NCBI RefSeq assembly: GCF_006345805.1
Contig: NW_021832785.1
Span: forward strand, 1 to 39,170
DNA length: 39,170 nucleotides
DNA from: Octopus sinensis
Taxonomy: Eukaryota
Direction: 5' to 3'
Shown: positions 1 to 11,790 of the stretch, one piece after another
Numbering within the stretch: the stretch's first letter is position 1
How the letters are laid out: every line of letters begins with the position of its first letter
The notes under the pieces: generated by a model
Told to the model about the DNA's origin: nothing
Databases searched by the model: none
What the model saw: the letters and a program-made list of their open reading frames with translations, nothing else
Translations under genes and position numbers: made by a program

Positions 1-1085
1 TATCTGTGTTTGAGTGTATATATGTATGTATGTATGTATGGATGGATGGATGTTTCTATCTTTATATATATATACACACACACACGTGAACAAGCAGATA
101 AGACTCTCTTACAGACCTGCGCTTGCACATGCAATCATACGACTCGCGCGCAAATACCCACACATGCACGCACTCACGCGCAAACACGCACACTCGAACA
201 CATACACATACACACAAATACATACACACATACTTACATACGTACATAAATACATACATACATGCATACATAATACATACATTCATTCATACATACATAC
301 ATACATATATACATACGTACACACATACGTACATGCATACACACATACATGCACACATATATACACACATGCATACATACATGCATGCATACTTACATAC
401 ATACATACACGCACGTAACATACATACATACATACACACACATACATACATACACACATACATACATACACACATACATACATATATGCATACATACATA
501 CATGCATGCATTCATACATCCACACACTGAAGCATACATACATACACATACATAACTACATGCATACATACACACACACACAAGCATACACACACGCACA
601 TACATACATACATACATACATGCATACATACATACATACACACATACATACATACACACACACACATACATACACACACACACACATACATACATACACA
701 TACATAACTACACACCTGCATACATACACACACACACAAGCATACACACACGCACATACATACATACATACATACATGCATACATACATACATACACACA
801 TACATACATACACAACACACAACATACACACACCACACATACATACATACACATACATACTACAGCATACATACACACACAAGCATACACACACGCACAT
901 ACATACATACATACATACATGCATACATACATACTACACACATACATACCATACAACACACACACATACATAACACACACCACACATACATACATACACA
1001 CACACACATACACACATACATACATACATACATACATACATGCATACATACATACACACACACACACATACATACATACACAGAA
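1..1085. repeat. Compound (ATAC)/(AC)/(AT) microsatellite with a ~150 bp higher-order repeat
   Basis: Simple repeats throughout; marker CAAGCATACACACACGCACATAC recurs at 581, 737 and 880. Confidence 0.95.
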
Positions 1086-1174
1086 GCAACTGACGAAACG
1101 TAATAGAAAAACAAAGTGAAACAGGTTTAAGACAAACGTGATAGATTGATAAATTGGAAATGCTAAATAGATTA

Positions 1175-1209
1175 GAAACGTGTGTGTGTGTGTGTGTGTG
1201 CGCGCGAAT

Positions 1210-1243
<34 letters not shown>

Positions 1244-1605
1244 ACAAACACCCTCGCTCATACACATGCAGAAAACATGTGCATATATACAAAGTATATA
1301 TATATATATATATATATCCACACATATATATGTATATGTGTGTGTATATATATGTATATATTGATATGTCTATTAATCTATTAACTAATGTATTTCCCAT
1401 ATCACTGTGTGTATGAATATTTATATATATATACACACGAATATACACATATATATGCACACACATATATATATATACACACATTTATGTATATATATAT
1501 ATATATATATATGTACATATATACACGCACACACCCTCACACACACATATATACATTTAGATACACATATACACGCTAACACACATAAACAAACACACAT
1601 TATAT

Positions 1606-1640
<35 letters not shown>

Positions 1641-1830
1641 GGGGTGTGGGTGGGAGAGCAAGATTAGTTAATTGATTTCTAGACAGATATATGCATGCAT
1701 AAATACACCCGCATCCATATACGCTATACATAATAAACACGTTTATATATATGCACTCACATGTACATACCCATATATACACATGCTTATTTTAGGAAGT
1801 TAAAGACTGAACGAATGTAACGAGGAAAAC

Positions 1831-1864
<34 letters not shown>

Positions 1865-1876
1865 GTGATATAAAGC

Positions 1877-1927
<51 letters not shown>
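1175..1927. repeat. Cluster of (TG), (TA), (CA) and (GA) microsatellites
   Basis: Direct inspection of the sequence. Confidence 0.9.
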
Positions 1928-1929
<2 letters not shown>

Positions 1930-2299
1930 TGTGAGGGTGGTCGTGGTGGGGAGAGACATTCTGTGTTTGTATTTGCAGACAAATTCTTCTTGAATTCCAT
2001 ATCGACAAACGACCAATATAAATTTGAAAATAAAAATAAAATAAATTTAAATAGAATTAAAAATAAAAAAAGTAAATAGAAAATAATCAAAAATGGCAAC
2101 AACAACAACAACAACAAAAGTGAAGGGGGATGGTCATGTGGAGAGGACGGGAGTCCCTTTCATTGTTTTTTATTTTGTTATTTTTTTTATTTTGTTGTAT
2201 TTTCTTCTTCGTTCTTTGATCCTTAACTATATAATTTCCTTTGAATGTCTTGTATAGATTTAATTTTCATAGTCTTTAAACAAATGATAGCCAAACATA

Positions 2300-2462
2300 A
2301 TCTTCACTATAATTACAACAACAACAACAACAACATCAGCGCCAGCAACAGCAACAAGAAGAAGAACAACAGCAATAATAACAACAAGGAAAGACAACAG
2401 CAGCAGCAGCAACAGCAACAACAACAATTACTACTGCTACTACTACTCCTCCTTCTATACTA

Positions 2463-2497
<35 letters not shown>

Positions 2498-2933
2498 ACT
2501 ACTACTACTACTACTACAACCATCAATACTACTACTACTACTACTACTACTACAGCCATCAATACTACTACTACTACCACTGCGACTACTATTGCTGCTG
2601 CTGCTACTACTACTATTACCACTACTATCACTGCTACTATTGCTACTTCTACCACTACTACTATCACTACTACCACCACTACTATTGCTGCTGCTAACAC
2701 TACTACAACTACTACCACCACTACTACTGTTGCTGCGGCTACTACTACCACTACTACTGTTGCTGCGGCTACTACTACTACTACTACTACTACCACCTAC
2801 GGAAGTTATACAGTAGCAACAAGAGCGACCACCAACACCACCACTACCACCACAACAATAACAACAGCCACAATAGCCCCTACTACTACTACTAATACTA
2901 ATACTAATACTAATACTAATGCTACTACTGCTG

Positions 2934-2964
<31 letters not shown>

Positions 2965-3275
2965 ACCTGCTGCTGCTAGTGGTACTAATATTATAGGACC
3001 AGCAACTTCATGAATTGCAACCATGAATAGAACTCCAAAAACACCAACAACAATATTTACAACAACAACCACACCAATTACAACAACAGCAATAACAACA
3101 AGAACAACCACAACAACCACTACAGCAGCAGTGACAATAACAACACCAATAAGAACATTTGTAGAAACTGCACCACCTACACCAATACTAACAACAACAA
3201 AAATAACAGTAACAACAACCACAGTAAAGTAGTAGCAGTAGTAGTAGTGGTGGTGGTGGTGGTGGTAGTGATTAT

Positions 3276-3306
<31 letters not shown>

Positions 3307-3720
3307 ATGGTGGCGGTGATGATAATGATGATGATGATGATGATGATGACGACGATGACGCTGATGACGATGGTGATGATGGTGATGAAGATGATAGTGA
3401 TGATGATGATGGTGGTGGTGGTGATGATGATGATGATGACGATGATGATTGTGGTGGTGGTGATGATGATGATGATAACGGCGATGACGACGATGATGAT
3501 GATAACGATGACGTTGATGACGATGGTGATGATGGTGATGATGATGATGCTAATACTAATAACACCACTAGTAACAACAACACCGCCACCATCAACGTCA
3601 CGAACAACAGCATCAACAACAACAGCAACAACAACAACAACAGTGATATCAATCAAAGTACCAGCAATAGCAACAACAACAACCTATACCAACAGCAACA
3701 ATAACAAGAACAAAACCTAA
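2300..3720. repeat. Mosaic of trinucleotide repeats (CAA/CAG/CTA/GAT/GGT)
   Basis: Successive degenerate triplet tracts; overlapping poly-T/V/M/S ORFs derive from them. Confidence 0.95.
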
Positions 3721-4356
3721 AAGACATGTGAAATAACAACACGAAGAAAACCAATAAAAACAGAGGCAAAGAACTTACAAAAAAAACAACAAAATAATTA
3801 GAAAAAATAAAACAAAAATATTGATTATATGTGTTTTTGTTGTGTTTGTATGTTTTATAAAAGGGTAGAAAGAAAGAAAGAAAGGTAGAGCGAAAAAAGA
3901 GAGAACTGAGGAAGATGTAGAGGAGAACTGAGGTAAGAGGGAAAGAGAGAAGCATGAGAGAAGGGGTGAGAGAGAAGCGTGAGAGAAAGGAGAAAGCTGA
4001 TGATCGGGGAAAGAGGGAGAAGGGTGAGAAGAGAAATGGAAGAGATGGGAGAAACAAAGGGAGAGAAAATTAAATTAATTTAAATTTGTACTTTGAATGT
4101 GTGCTTTTGTTTGTATTAAGGATTGATTTCTCATCGTGTATACACATATAGATGTGCTCGTACATATAAATGCATATGTGTATACATGCACATGTATAGG
4201 CTTTTACGCATACACCCATATTCTCCCACTTTATAGACAGACACTTGTAAATGTGGTGCGTATGTGTGTGTGTGTGAGCGGAAATTTAATTACGTGCTTC
4301 TGTCAGTCCGTCTGTCTGCCTGTCTGTCTGTCTATGTATCAAACAATCAATCATTA

Positions 4357-4368
4357 TCTATCTACCGT

Positions 4369-4457
<89 letters not shown>
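4357..4457. repeat. (TATC)n microsatellite
   Basis: Near-pure tetranucleotide run. Confidence 0.95.
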
Positions 4458-4459
<2 letters not shown>

Positions 4460-4547
4460 CTCTGTTGGTCTGTCTGTCGGTCAGTCCGCCTGCCTCTCTG
4501 TCTGTCTTTATTTTTTTATCAGTCTATCTATCAACTCAAGTGCGACA

Positions 4548-4757
4548 ATATTCTTTTCTACTCGAGGCACAAGGCGCAAAATTTTGGGGGAGGGGGCCAG
4601 TCGATTTGATCAACCCCTGTATGCAACTGGTACTTAATTTATCGTCTCCGAAAGGATGAAAGGCAAAGTCGACCTCGACGGAATTTGAACTCAGAACGCA
4701 GACAGACGAAATACTGTTAAGTATTTCGCCTGGAGTGCCAACATTTCGCCAGCTCGC
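4548..4757 (-). mobile_element. tRNA-derived SINE, group A, tail type 1
   Basis: Minus strand reads CGAGCTGGCGAAATGTTGG (A-box-like) and GAGTTCAAATTCC (B-box-like); body shared with copies at 8950, 14180, 22052, 32231 and 33306. Confidence 0.9.
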
Positions 4758-4978
4758 AGTCTTAGAAGTGCATCAATATTACAGGCATACATGTGTGTGC
4801 GGGTGTATTCACACACACACGCGATTATAATATTATTTTAAATATATGGACATATGTATATATCAATATATATGCATATATATATATGTATATATATATT
4901 TATATTTATATATATATTATACAATTAATGGTATTGCATATATACATATATACAAATACATGCATACATATACATACA

Positions 4979-5014
<36 letters not shown>

Positions 5015-5034
5015 TAAATATATATTTATATATG

Positions 5035-5230
5035 ACGGGAAGCTTTATGAAAATAAACAAAAGACGAAGGCAGGTGGAATACAAATAAACAATTGTATTA
5101 GTATGGCGCTCAGGAATATAAATAAAGCAAGTCTTTTACGTTTCGAGCCTACGCTCTTCAACAGAAAGATACACAGAAAAGAAACACGGAGAGAAACAAG
5201 GAGAGAAAAAAATGCATGCAGAAGCTAGCG
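5035..5230 (-). mobile_element. Penelope-like terminal fragment carrying a hammerhead motif
   Basis: Contains the hammerhead at 5132-5169; the tail ends at a TA/CA tract; shares a GCTCAGGAA-containing motif with the 29345-29530 element. Confidence 0.6.
5132..5169 (-). ncRNA. Minimal type I hammerhead-like ribozyme, A6U variant
   Basis: UCUUU-CUGUUGA-A-GAGC(GUAG)GCUC-GAAAC-GUA/AAAGA: 5-bp stem I, 4-bp stem II, palindromic ACGU stem III. Confidence 0.7.
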
Positions 5231-5455
5231 AATCGTACATGCACACACATGATATACTCTATGTATATATATAAATGTATGATCCAGGGATCGAGGTGTA
5301 GGAAGAAAGTTAGCTTCAAGCAAATATAAAATAAATATAAGAAAACAACTTTCAGGGACAATAATGGTTTATTGAGATGGGAAGTTGTGAGTATTTTTCG
5401 TATCGAAGAACGATAAGCTGAAGAAATTTCCCTTTATATTCCACGGTAGGTGGCC

Positions 5456-5766
5456 AGTTACGGAATGGAGTAGGGAAGATTCGGGTTACATGCATTTCAT
5501 AGCGAGCGGAACTTCGGAAGTGTTAAAATTCCAGCGAGGTGTATACTGCTGGCTACTCTTCAGGTCAAGGATATCTTGATTAGATTAAAGGTTACATTGT
5601 CGCATCGAGGTACCTGTTGGCACAAGAAAGTCTCAATCAGAATGTAACCTTTGATATAATCAAGCGTAGCGGGAGGTATTGACCTCCCTTGGATTTTACC
5701 ACTTCTGACATTCCACTCGCTATGAGACATTTGTAGCACGGATCTTTACTACTCCATTTCGTAACT
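5456..5766. repeat. Diverged ~311 bp palindrome (foldback)
   Basis: 5456-5598 aligns with the reverse complement of 5641-5766 (outer AGTTACGGAATGGAGTAG / CTACTCCATTTCGTAACT; inner AAAGGTTACATT / AATGTAACCTTT). Confidence 0.85.
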
Positions 5767-6039
5767 CTTGCATATGAATATGTGTTTGTGTGTGTGTGTG
5801 TGTGGTATCACCATTTTGATTTAACCACCTTCAAAATTTGGAAATCAATTATTAGGATATACTTATCTTATGGCTGACAAGGGAGGTAAGCTCCCTACAG
5901 CATCCGGGGTATATAAAGATCACCAGTGATTTCGCGTTTATATTAATGCGTGTTAGTGGCTCCTACCCGGCTGCCTAGGGTTAAGCTGGCTCGGCTTGTC
6001 AGTTTATAAGAGGTACCGTAGAAATCTCAGAGACTTGAA

Positions 6040-6723
6040 AGGATTAGTCGGACATATTGACCCTAGTTCTTCTTTTAAAGTCTGGTAATTATTAAACCAT
6101 TCTTTTTTTGCTGAGCCGTAAAGTTGCAAGGACGTGAACAAACCAACGCTGGTTGTCAAACGGTGGTGGAGAACTGACAAAAGCACAAACACACACACAT
6201 AGACACAAGCACATACACACACAAATACGCACACGCTCACATACACGATCAAACACACATATACAGGCACACATATACGATGGGCTTCTTTCAGTTTCCA
6301 TCATCAGATCCCCTCAAGGTTTTAGTCTGCCTGAGGCTTTAGTTAAAGGCAGTTACTCGGAACCATCCATGCGCTTGGGAAACAACCTTCTTTATTTCAT
6401 TAAATTGGCCATGAAAGCTGTACACAGATGGAGAAGCTGCGGGCTGGGCAAAGACATTGATGAGATGAATGATGAACAGGATGGTATTAATGAGAGAAGA
6501 CAAAAGACGCCCGCCGCCGATCTTTGCTTCTCTAAAACATTCTTTTGTGAACTTACAATTTGAGGCAATAAACCTCTTACCAACATTTCTTTTGGACACA
6601 AGGTCCTTACAATGAGACATTAAGCCTCTTACCTGAAATGACACCATGTCCTTGAAATGAGGCACTTAGCCTCTTACTGTTTTCTTCTTATGGGGAAACA
6701 ACCTTCTTACTGCAAAGACATGC
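6040..6723 (-). mobile_element. Old group B SINE interrupted by a 300 bp insert
   Basis: GGGCTTCTTTCAGTTTCC and GGTTGTCAA motifs match intact group B copies; the head is split at a duplicated GGGAAACAACCTTCTT. Confidence 0.7.
6393..6692. other. Unclassified 300 bp insert flanked by a 16 bp direct repeat
   Basis: GGGAAACAACCTTCTT at 6377-6392 and 6693-6708; three internal ~45-53 bp subrepeats ending in CCTCTTAC. Confidence 0.6.
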
Positions 6724-6977
6724 CATACTCATAGATTCTGTGATAAATTAAGATAAAATATTAAAGAATTTTGGTTCAAATATTCGGTGAAAAATATAAT
6801 TGAAAATGGAGATGAAATATGCGATGAAGGAAAAAAATTATTAAAAAAATGTTGTTGGTATCTCATATTATAAGTATCTCGCAATAAGAACGCGAGTTAA
6901 TTCCTGACTTTTCTCATGATGATTCTTGGTATTATCGGTGGAATTATAATCTCACTGCATCTGGTGATGTGTTCGTA

Positions 6978-6984
<7 letters not shown>

Positions 6985-7051
<67 letters not shown>

Positions 7052-7161
7052 GTATATATATATGTAAATATATATATATATGTATATATAAATGTATGTA
7101 TGTATATATGTATATATTATGTAAATTATATATATATAATATGTATATGTATATATATATG

Positions 7162-7209
<48 letters not shown>

Positions 7210-7271
7210 ATGTTGTGTGGTGTGTTGTGTATGTGTGTATATATATATATGTATATATACATATGTAGATG

Positions 7272-7322
<51 letters not shown>
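6985..7322. repeat. (TA)n-rich microsatellite
   Basis: Direct inspection of the sequence. Confidence 0.95.
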
Positions 7323-7325
<3 letters not shown>

Positions 7326-7406
7326 CAAAGTGGAGTTGTAGGATACCGCACGAGTGGAATTAAATACGAAAGAAGGTTTGAAAATGCAATTTTAAAAGAT
7401 GTTTAT

Positions 7407-7451
7407 TTACTTTACCGGTTTCACTCTTTGGAAAAAGATTGTCAAAAGTAA
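7407..7451 (-). ncRNA. Minimal type I hammerhead-like ribozyme, U3:A8 variant, in a Penelope-like end (~7323-7500)
   Basis: UUACUU-UUGACAA-UCUUUUUCCAAAGAGU-GAAACCGGUA/AAGUAA: perfect 6-bp stem I and ACCGGU palindrome; the tail ends at (TA)n. Confidence 0.75.
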
Positions 7452-7500
7452 CATGTAGAATCTTGGTTGCGTTAATTATTGGTTGTTACAAAATGCTACA

Positions 7501-8122
7501 TTACATATATACAGTCTTTGGTAACAAGGACATGTTAAGGACATTAAAAAGTTTAACAAGTTCCTTAAAATATTGGGCACAAAAGATTACAACATAAGTA
7601 ATCATTCTCAAGAACATGTTAAAGATAGTTTCCAGAAGGAATTATTAAAAAGTTCAGTGGAATATTGGTATTGTATCTGTATATTCAAATACGCACAGAA
7701 TATTGGTTGACACAGAGTACTACAATATATACATATACATTCTTTGGTGACAAGAGCATGTTAAGACCATAAAAAAGTTTAACAAGTTCATTGAAATATT
7801 GGGCACAAAAGATTACAACAAATATATTATACATTCTCAAGATAATTTCCAGAAGGAATTATTAAAAAGTTCAGTGGGATATTGGTATTGTATCCGTATA
7901 TTCAAACACGCACAGAATATTGGTTGACACAGAGTACTACAATACATATATATACATTCTTTGGTGACAAGAGCATGTTAAGACCATAAAAAAGTTTAAC
8001 AAGTTCATTGAAATATTGGGCACAAAAGATTACAACAAATATATCATACATTCTCAAGATAATTTCCAGAAAGAATTATTAAAATGTCCAGTGGAATATT
8101 GGTATAAACGCACAGAATATTA
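7501..8122. repeat. Tandem repeat, ~217-226 bp unit, about 2.8 copies
   Basis: TCTTTGGT(A/G)ACAAG starts at 7515, 7741 and 7958. Confidence 0.95.
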
Positions 8123-8611
8123 TGAGTTCAAAAAGGTTTACATTATAATAGTAGGGAAGCTAAAACTGACCCGAGAAAGATTTAATCATTCTCTCCATTT
8201 ACTGCCACCATGTAATCTTAGGGAGCTTTCACGGCACTTTTAAGGGTTACAAGTATTCAAGCTAGATCTCTAGTTTATGAATAAAATCTCCTATTCCTTA
8301 AGGTAGTACTGTGGAGTATGAAGCGTTTTGGCACCGCGGAACGTAGAGTATGAAGCGTGCCTGGTGCCCTTCTTTTGGCGTCACTAATTCGACGCTGACT
8401 TATTTGATATCCGACCTTTAAATATTTCTGTCATTTTCTCCCCCACTTCTCTCTGTTTATTTGTGTGGGTGTATTTATATGTATGAGGAGATAGATAGTG
8501 TTTATGTCAATCGTATTCATTTAATAAATTGTAATGTGTACATCTCCTTCACTCAGTATTTTACCATGTAAATGTGTATATTATTGTGTGCGCTCATATA
8601 TTTATGTGTGC

Positions 8612-8670
<59 letters not shown>

Positions 8671-8949
8671 CGAGTGAATGTGTGGGTTTATATGTGAAAA
8701 CAGACTGAATGTGAAGTCAGCCGTGCTAATTCATCAGTGTCCAAACGCCTAGTCATCCCATTCCACCCCAGAGGCCCTTGGAAGGGTCAGGAGCAGTAGT
8801 CTTCTATGATTAAGCCATTAGAAATGACCCTGTGACGAGGAACACAAAATTAAGTTATTCTTTTCTCGACAATATCTCAGTTATGATAAAATTTCTTTAG
8901 AATAGATAGTCGCATGTGATAACATGTTATTCTCATCGGAATCGAAAGT

Positions 8950-9133
8950 AGAAAATTTATTTAGCGTCATTTATCCTTAGGTTCTGAGTTCAAATTCTGC
9001 CGAGGTTGACTTTGCCTTTCATCCTTTCGGTGTCAATAAATTAAGTACCAGTGAAACACTGGAGGTCGATGTAATCGTCTAGTCCCCTCCCCTCAAAATT
9101 TCACACCGCCTGCCTTTAGTAGAATGGATTATT
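8950..9133 (+). mobile_element. Group A SINE, 5'-degraded, tail type 1
   Basis: GTTCTGAGTTCAAATTCTGCCGAGGTTGACTTTGCC followed by the tail ending AGTAGAATGGATTATT. Confidence 0.88.
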
Positions 9134-9345
9134 TATAATATCATTTCGAATACATGATTGTCAAACAGGACGCTTTGAATCAGGAAATTCCAAATTCTAA
9201 CCTGTTGCAAAGGATCTTGGGAAGGTATTTTTTCTGCGATAAACACGGATTGACCAATGCCTTGTGACTGTGTCTTGTAAGCTTGTAAGTATTAAAAGAT
9301 TAAGATGCAGAGTAAATTGATATAAGCTGTTGTTTTCTTTCTATC

Positions 9346-9377
<32 letters not shown>

Positions 9378-9575
9378 ATAAGTTTGTGTGTCTGTGTTTG
9401 TCCCCCCAACATCGCTTGACAACCGATGCTGGTGTGTTTGCGTCCCCGCAAACTTAACGGTTCGGCAAAAGAGACCGATAGAATAACTACGAAGTCGATC
9501 TGCTCAACTAAAGGCGGTGCTCCAGTATGGCCACAGTCAAATGACTTAAACAAAACAAAGAAAATAAAAAGAGTA
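9346..9575 (+). mobile_element. Group B SINE, 3' half
   Basis: Matches the second half of the 16857-17270 copy, including GGCGGTGCTCCAGTATGGCC; has an internal deletion. Confidence 0.88.
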
Positions 9576-10014
9576 TACTTACATATATATATAGACACAT
9601 ACACACAAACACACACACACATATATATATATTTATATATACAGACACAGATTTATGTATTCGCATATATACACGTACCTGGCCAATTATTTATCTCTAT
9701 ACATATTCATATTCATACGCTCAAACCGGAATACAAGTAAATGTATATGAATGATAAACATTTATGATATGTGTATTAAGTCCTTAGATATAACCAGTTA
9801 TCAGTTAATTATCACATAAACCCTCTATTATCTCACTTAATAGCTCCAACCATTTTAAATACGTTCCTTTCCTTTCTCGATAACATCTTCACTAATCAAA
9901 TAAACCTAAATCTTATTTATAGAAAATTTTTACGTTATATCACAGATCACGTGATTCTCTCTCTCTTTTTTAAAATCTATACAGAATTTTAGAGAACAAC
10001 AAAAAGCTAAATGA

Positions 10015-10073
10015 ATGATATATAGATACATAGATAGATACATAAATATAAATGTTTATGTAAAAGCATATGC

Positions 10074-10104
<31 letters not shown>

Positions 10105-10700
10105 TGTATGTATATATGTATATATGTATATATATATATATGTATATATGTATATATGTATATATGTATGTATGTATATATATATATATATATATATACA
10201 CATAACATATATGTTGATATATATATATATGTATCAAACATATCTTGATATAAATATGTGTGTGTGTGTATGTATGTATGTACCTGTTTGTGTGCATTCA
10301 CACACATATGTGTATATATGTGTATACACATACATAGATATGCATAAAAACATTTTTATACGTATATAAGAATATGTGCATATAAATATGCATATATATG
10401 TGTATATATACACGCACGCACACACAATCAAACACACACATACACACACAAACACACACACACACACACACATATATATTATATATATATGTATATATAT
10501 ATATGTATATATGTATATATATATATATATACACATAACATATATGTTGATATATATATATGTATATATATATATATACACAGACACGCACATGCACAGA
10601 TATACATACATACACACGTACGCAAACACACACACATATATATTTATATATATATGCACGTATTCATATATGTATGCATGTACGTATGTATGTAGGTCTG
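10015..10700. repeat. TA/CA/TATG microsatellite mosaic
   Basis: Simple repeats; the CACATAACATATATGTTGATAT block is duplicated near 10200 and 10530. Confidence 0.9.
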
Positions 10701-10887
10701 TACATAAAGAATTCGGCAACCATTTTCCATTGCCTATTTTTACAGATAATGCTAACTCCATTGATTTCGAATGAATTATTGTAAACTGATGGTGATAAAG
10801 TTAATAATGTAGATGCCAAGACTGCCTTTAACATATTCCGCGATATGTGTTCAATAATTGTAATTGATAAATATCTACCGCTTAAAA

Positions 10888-11357
<470 letters not shown>

Positions 11358-11790
11358 GGTTGCTAAAAAACAATAATGAAATAAAACAGCGGATTAACAT
11401 TGAGATATTAGAAAATATTTATAAAATAGATAAATTATACAATGTCTATACTTAAAAGGGTGAGCGGGGAGGAGGCAGAGGAGGAGGAGGAGGAGGAGGA
11501 AGGAGGGAAGAGAGAGAGAGAGAGACTGAGCTAAATAGAGATTGAAATAGATTAATAAATGTATAAATAATAAATTTATACCATAAACATTATTAATTTG
11601 TCTTCTCTAATTGATAATTAGTTAAAATAAACTATTATTGAATTCTGTTATAGCCACAACCGTAAGAACGACGGATTTAGAATGTCTCCCTGCTGATCCC
11701 CCCCCGCCACCTACCGTTAGGTGCCTTTAGGGGAGATCACTCTATTGCAAGCATTCGGGTCAGATCTCCCGTGTAAGGATAATGGATAGT

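Noticed and set aside
1090-1128. CTGACGA...GAAACAGGTT hammerhead-like motif
   Set aside because: No stem I pairing and only a 2-bp stem II; at most a decayed relic.
5874-5900. CTGACAA followed by a GGGAG/CTCCC hairpin
   Set aside because: The GAAA half of the hammerhead core is absent.
8314-8358. GAGTATGAAGCGT repeated with 32 bp period (CRISPR-like)
   Set aside because: Only two short copies, eukaryotic context, no cas genes.
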